From: a virus | Taxonomy: Duplodnaviria > Caudoviricetes | Direction: 5' to 3' (one strand) | IMG/VR virus record: IMGVR_UViG_3300033067_001585 | Coordinates: 1-41,376 of that record | DNA length: 41,376 bases | Shown: one piece after another, positions 35,815-41,376 of the stretch | How positions within the stretch are numbered: the first letter of the stretch is position 1 | Layout: each line of letters opens with the position of its first letter | Position numbers and translations under genes: made by a program | Notes under the pieces: generated by a model | Database searches by the model: none | Seen by the model: only the letters and a program-made list of their open reading frames with translations | Told to the model about the DNA's origin: nothing

Positions 35815-36044
35815 ACTGCGGCTGGTTGGGCGGTGAATGACTCGGCAATATGCTGCTCATGTTCTGCCACCAACGTGCGGGCTGTTTCTACGATGATCCG
35901 TTCGCGGGGGGAACGAGCGCGGGCAAATGCCGAGTAAATCGTAGAGCGAGCAACACCGCCAACCACAACCACCGAAAGGCGGTTTTCGAGCGCATCAAAT
36001 AGCCCGTATGCAGAGATGAGTTCCTGAATTTTTTTCGCGTCCAT
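35811..36044 (-). CDS. Cro-like regulator
   Basis: 77 aa, divergent from the repressor; VARSTIYSAF recognition-helix-like segment; TACATTTG at 36078-36071. Confidence 0.55.
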   Translation of the reverse strand: MDAKKIQELISAYGLFDALENRLSVVVVGGVARSTIYSAFARARSPRERIIVETARTLVAEHEQHIAESFTAQPAAV

Positions 36045-36147
36045 TTTATTGCTTTGCGTAAATTTCGGACAAATGTATAATACAAGTAAATAACACGCAA
36101 CAGTTTTGCCCAAAAAAATTTAACTATGCTAAAAAAAACTTTACAAC

Positions 36148-36528
36148 GTGAGTACTATGGAACGTCGCGGAATGCGATTAAAAGAGTTCGCCGAATCCAA
36201 TAAACTAAAACAAAAGGCTCTGGCTCAAAGACTTGACGTAAGTCCTGGATTTATTTCAAGGATCATGACAGGGCAGGAAGATTTTACTGGGAAACTGATA
36301 CTTAACCTTAGTGAAATGTTCCCTCTGCTAAACTTAAACTGGCTAATTCGGGGGGATGGGCCTATGCTGCTTTCGAGGCAAGAACAAATTTTGGCACAAG
36401 AACCAGAGGTGGTTTACCGGCCAATGCCCAAAACAGTGCAAGACTTTCGGCGGTATTTTGAAGCGTATGAGCGGCGCCTTCAAGAGTTAGAGGCGGAGGT
36501 TATTCAGTTGCGAAAAGTCACCAACTAA
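36148..36528 (+). CDS. CI-like XRE-family repressor
   Basis: LKQKALAQRLDVSPGFISRIMTG HTH and LNLNWLIRGDGPM; no C-terminal S24 peptidase domain. Confidence 0.85.
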   Translation: MSTMERRGMRLKEFAESNKLKQKALAQRLDVSPGFISRIMTGQEDFTGKLILNLSEMFPLLNLNWLIRGDGPMLLSRQEQILAQEPEVVYRPMPKTVQDFRRYFEAYERRLQELEAEVIQLRKVTN

Positions 36529-36538
36529 ATGAGGGTAT

Positions 36539-36904
36539 ATGAAAAAAGCATTTTTGATTTTATGCTTTTGGCTTGCCGGGTGGTCAGCGAGTGGGCAGGT
36601 GTTCGTTGACAACATCAACCTGAATGAGGTTGAGGGGCTGGAACACATTTTAATGATAGCGTTCCTTGATGGGATTTTCAACCAGAAGATTACCATTTGG
36701 ATTAACTACGGTCAGAAAAACAACAAAGACTCGGTAGTGCAAGAGGATGGAAAAGCAAAGCAGTTCTCCAGCAACATAGCTGCGCTGAATTATTTCTACG
36801 AAAATGGATGGGACTTGAATGAGACGTTTTTAATCGAACGATTTAATCCAATCACAAAAATGGATGAGTTTGTTTTTTACCACTTCATGCGGAGGAAGAA
36901 ATAA
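36539..36904 (+). CDS. Secreted or periplasmic protein co-transcribed with the repressor
   Basis: MKKAFLILCFWLAGWSASG|Q; ALNYFYENGWDL motif; AT-rich. Confidence 0.7.
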   Translation: MKKAFLILCFWLAGWSASGQVFVDNINLNEVEGLEHILMIAFLDGIFNQKITIWINYGQKNNKDSVVQEDGKAKQFSSNIAALNYFYENGWDLNETFLIERFNPITKMDEFVFYHFMRRKK

Positions 36905-36936
36905 ATAGTATTCACAATCAATAGGTTAAGTCTGTC

Positions 36937-36964
36937 GCCTTCTCTGCCGGGAAGGCTTTTTTTT
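36937..36964 (+). terminator. Intrinsic terminator of the lysogeny operon
   Basis: gccttc..gaaggc followed by T8. Confidence 0.75.
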
Positions 36965-37052
36965 GGCATTACTGCTGCGCATGGCAGATGTAACAGGTAC
37001 GTAACTGCCTGTGAATGTGGGGAGTTATGTAGGGTAGGGTGGGGGTGTGGGT

Positions 37053-37069
37053 ATCCGGCCTCCGCCACA
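37053..37069 (+). mobile_element. Candidate attP core resembling a tRNA(fMet) 3' end
   Basis: ATCCGGCCTCCGCCACA about 100 bp upstream of the integrase, with no tRNA 5' half. Confidence 0.45.
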
Positions 37070-37170
37070 ACTCACCTAACTAAGCAACTGAATAACAGTA
37101 GGTTGCTTTTCTTCCAGCGCGCAGGTCTGCCACGTCAATTCGGCAGACCTGCGACCGCTGAAAGAAAAAA

Positions 37171-38331
37171 ATGCGTTCCAAAACAGAACTTTACACGCCG
37201 CGAATTGTCAAGGGCCTTGTCTGGGCAGTCGAGTATTACATCGAACTCCAGGGCCAACGCAAGCGCATCCGCCGCAGCCGCACCGCCGATGGTGTGGAAC
37301 TCAACACCATCACCGACCTCGTTGAGCGCGAAGCCGCCGCCAAAAAAATGGCGCGGGAAATACACCTGAAACTATGCCCGCCGGTGACCCGGCCCGATCA
37401 GACCAACTTCATCGAAGCCCTGAAAATGGCGGTGGAGCTGAAGCACAGCAACAAGGCAAAAACAAACAAGACATTCGGGGAGGTGGCGCGCTGGGTGTCG
37501 GAGTTCTTCTGGGCGCGCGGCTGGCAGAACCTGCGCTGCGGGCACGTGGAGTTCGAACACGTGCAGGCGTATTTCGACTACATCATTATTAAGTTGAAAG
37601 TGCGCAACACCACGCACAACACCCGTAAGAATAACCTGCGCAGCTTGTTCGGCGAACTGGTGCAGCGGGGCTACCTGAAAGAAAACTTTGTGAAGCGCAT
37701 CACCGACCGGCCGGTGGGTGACCCGTTGCGCCGGGCGTTTTCGGAGCCGGAGCGGGCAGCGGTTGCCGCGCATCTGATGCAGCACGACCGCCCGATGTGG
37801 CTGGCCTTCCTGCTGCTGGGCTACCTTGCGATACGGCCCGGCGAAATCCGCGACCTGCGGATCCGGAACATTGACCTGCGCCGGGGCATGATCGTGTTCC
37901 CTGGTGAGCAGAGCAAGAACCGCCGCAATGCGGCCGTGACGATACCGGAACAGATCATACCTATAATAGAGTCGTACAACTTGTCGGAATACCCGGAGAA
38001 CTACTACGTGTTTGGGCGGGCGAAGGGGAGGCACAATTCGGAATTCAAGCCAGGCCCCGAACGCATCGGCATGAATACTATGTACAGCCGGTTCCGAACC
38101 GTGCTGCTACTGCTGCACAAGCGCAGGGTGTTGCAGGACATTCGGGGCTTGTCGTTCTACTCCCTCAAGGACAGCCTTGCGGTGTACCTGCTGGAACAGG
38201 GGGTGGACCTCGAAAGCGCCATGCGGCATTTTCGGCACAGCAGCCTCGAAATGTTCCAACGGTACGTGAAAAGGTTGGGCGTGGTGAATGAAAAAATACG
38301 AGGGTTGCCGGTGGATTTGCCGGTGAAATAA
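37171..38331 (+). CDS. int: Tyrosine integrase
   Basis: SAM-like domain, IRPGEIRDL (Arg), SKN (Lys), FYSLKDS, RHSS..FQRY (His, Tyr). Confidence 0.9.
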   Translation: MRSKTELYTPRIVKGLVWAVEYYIELQGQRKRIRRSRTADGVELNTITDLVEREAAAKKMAREIHLKLCPPVTRPDQTNFIEALKMAVELKHSNKAKTNKTFGEVARWVSEFFWARGWQNLRCGHVEFEHVQAYFDYIIIKLKVRNTTHNTRKNNLRSLFGELVQRGYLKENFVKRITDRPVGDPLRRAFSEPERAAVAAHLMQHDRPMWLAFLLLGYLAIRPGEIRDLRIRNIDLRRGMIVFPGEQSKNRRNAAVTIPEQIIPIIESYNLSEYPENYYVFGRAKGRHNSEFKPGPERIGMNTMYSRFRTVLLLLHKRRVLQDIRGLSFYSLKDSLAVYLLEQGVDLESAMRHFRHSSLEMFQRYVKRLGVVNEKIRGLPVDLPVK

Positions 38332-38349
38332 TTCACCTATAAGTGAACC

Positions 38350-38384
38350 GCCCCGCGACGTGTACCGTCGCGGGGCTTTTTTTT
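38350..38384 (+). terminator. Terminator between the convergent integrase and tape-measure genes
   Basis: gccccgcgacg/cgtcgcggggc stem followed by a T-run. Confidence 0.8.
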
Positions 38385-41280
38385 AGGTGAAAAATCCACC
38401 GCTGCCGGTGTTGATTTCCTTGAAACGCTCGCTGATATCGGTGATGGTACGGTCTGGCACCACCGCAATGATGCCGCGCGCAAGCAGGGCGTTGAGGGTG
38501 TTGACGGCGCTCACCAGTTCGCGCACCGATCCGGCATCGAATGGCTGGGGTGGGTTGGTGGCGGTGGCTCCGCCGCCGGGTGGGTTGGTACCGCCTTCGG
38601 CAAATTGCTGGATACCTGCCTGCCCGCCGTGCGTGATGTTGTCTACCATGCGCACCAGGTTGGCCACTTGCGGGTTGCGCAGGTGGTGCGCCGCGACGAA
38701 GTATTCTGCACCGCGCTCGCTGGCCAGTACGGGCGCGCCGGTGGCCGCGCTCTGGAACAGTACCGGGAAGCCTGGGAGCATGCCGGTATTTGGCGCGGTG
38801 ATGGGTAGCGCCCGGTATTGCCTGCCGTCGCTTTCGCCGGTGACGGACAAGAAACCGCCCTCGGCTTTTTGCTTGACAGCTGGGGCGGAGAAAAGGACTT
38901 TTTTGGCTTGGGCAACACTGCTTAATATCTGTGCAAGCCCGGCAATGTATTGTGCTAATCCGGCACCGCCGGCGGTAACTGCATTAAGGGGGTTGCCAGC
39001 CGATGCAGCGGTCAACGATGAAATAGCGGCAGCTGTATCGAATGCAATCTTTGCCAGGGTAACCACCTTTTGAAACTCGGCTGATTTTTCACTTTCAACC
39101 CCGAGTAAATCCAGCGACGTTAGAATAATATCGCCAAGCGAAGAGTATAGCGCTTGAGTAGCTTTTAAGCGACTTTGTAAATCATCTTGCTCGTCCTTCG
39201 CTGTTTTCTCGCGCCACTTTGTTTCAATGTCAGCCTTGCCTTTTTCGTAGCCCTGCTTTAGCCTGGTCACATCAATGCCGTACTGTTCTGCAAGCAGGAG
39301 CATTTCTTCGTAATGCGTTTGAAGTCCTTGCAGTTCAAGTTCGCGTTCGGTAAGAAGCAACTCATCAGCAGCGGTTTTAATCTCAAGTTCATTCGCGGCT
39401 TTCTCCTCGGCGAACCGATCGTTCACCTCCTGTATCCGATCCTTGTATTCCTGCTCAATTTCTACTTCGCGCTCAATCTGTGCGAATCGTTGTTCTTCCC
39501 GGAGTAGTGCGAGTTCTTCTTCTTTCTGCAATTCCAGCGCAGAGACGGCATCCTTGACCGCTTGCGTGTCGGCGAACTTAGCCTGCACTTGTTCGATCTC
39601 CTTGTCGTACTTGAGGCGTACGCGCTCCAGCTCGCGCTCATCGGCGCTTAGTGCTTCGAGAGCTGCGGCTTCGGCGTTTTTCCGCACGATGTCCTGCACG
39701 CGGGCAAGGTGGTCGGCGAGTTCTTTTGCTTCCTGCTCGCGCTTTTTCTGGCGCTCTTTAGCGGCGGCTTCGGCGGCTTTTTTCTCGGCTTCGGTGGGGC
39801 CGGTGGGTGGGGGTGGGGTAGTGGCCGATGTGGCCGATGCGCCCGGGACGTCGGGGTTCGATCCTTCGAGGCGGGCGAGTTCTGCCTCCAGACCTTTCAG
39901 GCGCGCACCCCATTCGCTTATCGCTTTTGCTCGGCGCTCGATGTCGCCTATGCCGCTTTTCCGAAGCGCTTCTTCGCGCTGGATCAGTACTTCGAGTTCT
40001 TTCTGCTCGCTCTTCAGGGATGCAATCAGTTCGGCGTTGACGAACTTCAGGCGGGCGCGTTCCGTCTCGATGAACTCGCGGGCCTTATCGGTATTGATGC
40101 CGATGGCGTTGCCATACTTGTCGAACTCGGTCACCGCCGACGGGATGGCGCCGGCAAGGGTTGAAATGATTTTCGAAAGCTCTGCCTGCTCGGTGGCGTT
40201 GAGTGTGGCTTTGCCTTGTAGTTCGTCGTAGCGGTCGAGCAGCGGGAGCATGTTTGCTTCCAGATCGGCCACCTTGTTTATCTGTGCGCCGAGTGCTTTG
40301 GTGCCGCTTTCCACGGGCCTTACCAATTCACTGATGGAATCTACCACAAAACCCACCGCATCGGCAGCGCCGCCTGCGATGGATACAAGCCGCTCGAAAA
40401 CAGGCAGCAGGATGGTGGATAGCTTCTCTGTTGTCTCGGTGATGCGGGCGGACATTTCCGCCTGCCGGCGCGCCATGCTGTCGGCGCCATCGGCGAACGC
40501 GGCCTGGGCGTCGGTGCTCTTGCGCAGGATCAGGTCGAGGGTAACGGTGGCCTCGGCTTGTTTCTTCGCTTCGCCGGTCAGGTTGGCCATACCGCGTGCG
40601 AGTAGCTCGGCATCTACCTCGGCCTGTTTGATGTCAATGCCAAGGCTGTTGAGCGCATCGCGCTCGCCGAGCAGCGACTTTGCGAGAATGTCGGATACTT
40701 CGCTGGCTGTCTTGGTGCCGCCGCTCCACTCTGCCAGTGCGCCGGACAAGTCCACCAAGCTGGTACTAATGTCCGCGGCTTCCTTACGTTGGAAGCCCAT
40801 CGGCACGAGCAGGTCTTGAATGTTCGCGGCGGCTGCGATGTACTCGGAGTTTGTGAGGCCCATCGCGCGGGCGTTCTCTTCGGCGGCGGCGGTTACCTGT
40901 GGAAGGGTTTCGGCGAAAACGACCCGGGCTTTCTTTTCGAGTAGTTCGAGGTTGGTGGCTGTTCCGAGCAATTGTTTCCCATACCCGAGTATGGCGTCCA
41001 CGGTGAACGCCCCGGCAGCCACGCCGATGAATGACGCCATTCCGCCCTTCGCAACATTCCATCCTTGCTCCACGCCGCGCACGGCGTCGCGGTGTTGTTT
41101 CAGTACGCCGTCGAGTTTTCGAACTTCGGCCAGCTTGTTAAGGTATTCGTCGGAGCCGATAACCAGCTTGGCCATCTGGTTCGATACTTCCTTATATGCT
41201 GCGCCAATGGCTTTGGCAGAGGCTTCCACCTCTTTGCCGTTGACGAATATGGATACCTGACGTTTCGGGTTCGTGGCCAT
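38383..41280 (-). CDS. Tape measure protein
   Basis: 965 aa Ala-rich helical protein; LLGERDALNSLGI motif, long coiled coil, C-terminal AEGG and E.G.EY motifs. Confidence 0.85.
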   Translation of the reverse strand: MATNPKRQVSIFVNGKEVEASAKAIGAAYKEVSNQMAKLVIGSDEYLNKLAEVRKLDGVLKQHRDAVRGVEQGWNVAKGGMASFIGVAAGAFTVDAILGYGKQLLGTATNLELLEKKARVVFAETLPQVTAAAEENARAMGLTNSEYIAAAANIQDLLVPMGFQRKEAADISTSLVDLSGALAEWSGGTKTASEVSDILAKSLLGERDALNSLGIDIKQAEVDAELLARGMANLTGEAKKQAEATVTLDLILRKSTDAQAAFADGADSMARRQAEMSARITETTEKLSTILLPVFERLVSIAGGAADAVGFVVDSISELVRPVESGTKALGAQINKVADLEANMLPLLDRYDELQGKATLNATEQAELSKIISTLAGAIPSAVTEFDKYGNAIGINTDKAREFIETERARLKFVNAELIASLKSEQKELEVLIQREEALRKSGIGDIERRAKAISEWGARLKGLEAELARLEGSNPDVPGASATSATTPPPPTGPTEAEKKAAEAAAKERQKKREQEAKELADHLARVQDIVRKNAEAAALEALSADERELERVRLKYDKEIEQVQAKFADTQAVKDAVSALELQKEEELALLREEQRFAQIEREVEIEQEYKDRIQEVNDRFAEEKAANELEIKTAADELLLTERELELQGLQTHYEEMLLLAEQYGIDVTRLKQGYEKGKADIETKWREKTAKDEQDDLQSRLKATQALYSSLGDIILTSLDLLGVESEKSAEFQKVVTLAKIAFDTAAAISSLTAASAGNPLNAVTAGGAGLAQYIAGLAQILSSVAQAKKVLFSAPAVKQKAEGGFLSVTGESDGRQYRALPITAPNTGMLPGFPVLFQSAATGAPVLASERGAEYFVAAHHLRNPQVANLVRMVDNITHGGQAGIQQFAEGGTNPPGGGATATNPPQPFDAGSVRELVSAVNTLNALLARGIIAVVPDRTITDISERFKEINTGSGGFFT

Positions 41281-41286
41281 GTGGCG

Positions 41287-41376
41287 TTATTTTGTTTCTG
41301 CGATCTTCACCCGCTTGGCGATGATCCCAGGGATTGTAAGTTTGATCTCGCCCGATAGAATGTCGGCATACTTCTC
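41287..41376 (-). CDS. 3' end of a gene truncated by the window edge
   Basis: Open frame ...EKYADILSGEIKLTIPGIIAKRVKIAETK* ending 6 nt before the tape-measure ATG. Confidence 0.5.
   Translation of the reverse strand, partial: EKYADILSGEIKLTIPGIIAKRVKIAETK

Noticed and set aside
37021-37100. Complete tRNA gene
   Set aside because: Only a 3'-end-like fragment; no D or anticodon arms and no intact T-loop
37171-38331. Integron integrase serving the attC-like array
   Set aside because: It looks like an ordinary phage integrase beside attP, about 9 kb from the array; no IntI-specific insertion is recognisable by eye; activity on the sites is not excluded

Overview
The window is almost entirely one temperate tailed phage (siphovirus-like) of a GC-rich Bacteroidota host, inferred from TAnnTTTG promoters, absence of Shine-Dalgarno motifs, signal peptides ending at Gln+1 and a BT4734-like primase. 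It looks near-complete and permuted. Phage genes lie on both sides of a probable attP next to the integrase, and the two ends do not join in frame. Nearly all genes are on the minus strand. From right to left: tape measure; integrase, attP, CI and Cro; an early/replication block (membrane protein, primase, helicase, iteron origin, SSB, HNH); a short accessory array; then late genes (ClpP-scaffold, capsid, tail tube, terminase, endolysin, an inserted moron operon, tail and fibre genes, portal, connector). Most notable: (1) three integron attC-like sites of 64-66 bp at 26.9-28.0 kb delimit single-gene cassettes carrying a C5 methyltransferase and an Acb2/Tad1-like protein, with no integron integrase in the window; (2) five tail-fibre-like or virion-region proteins carry Sec signal peptides; (3) eight copies of a fixed-spacing GTCCTTT-N20-CAnnTT(T/C)G promoter-like motif, often immediately before start codons. 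All calls come from reading motifs and synteny by eye; no searches were run.
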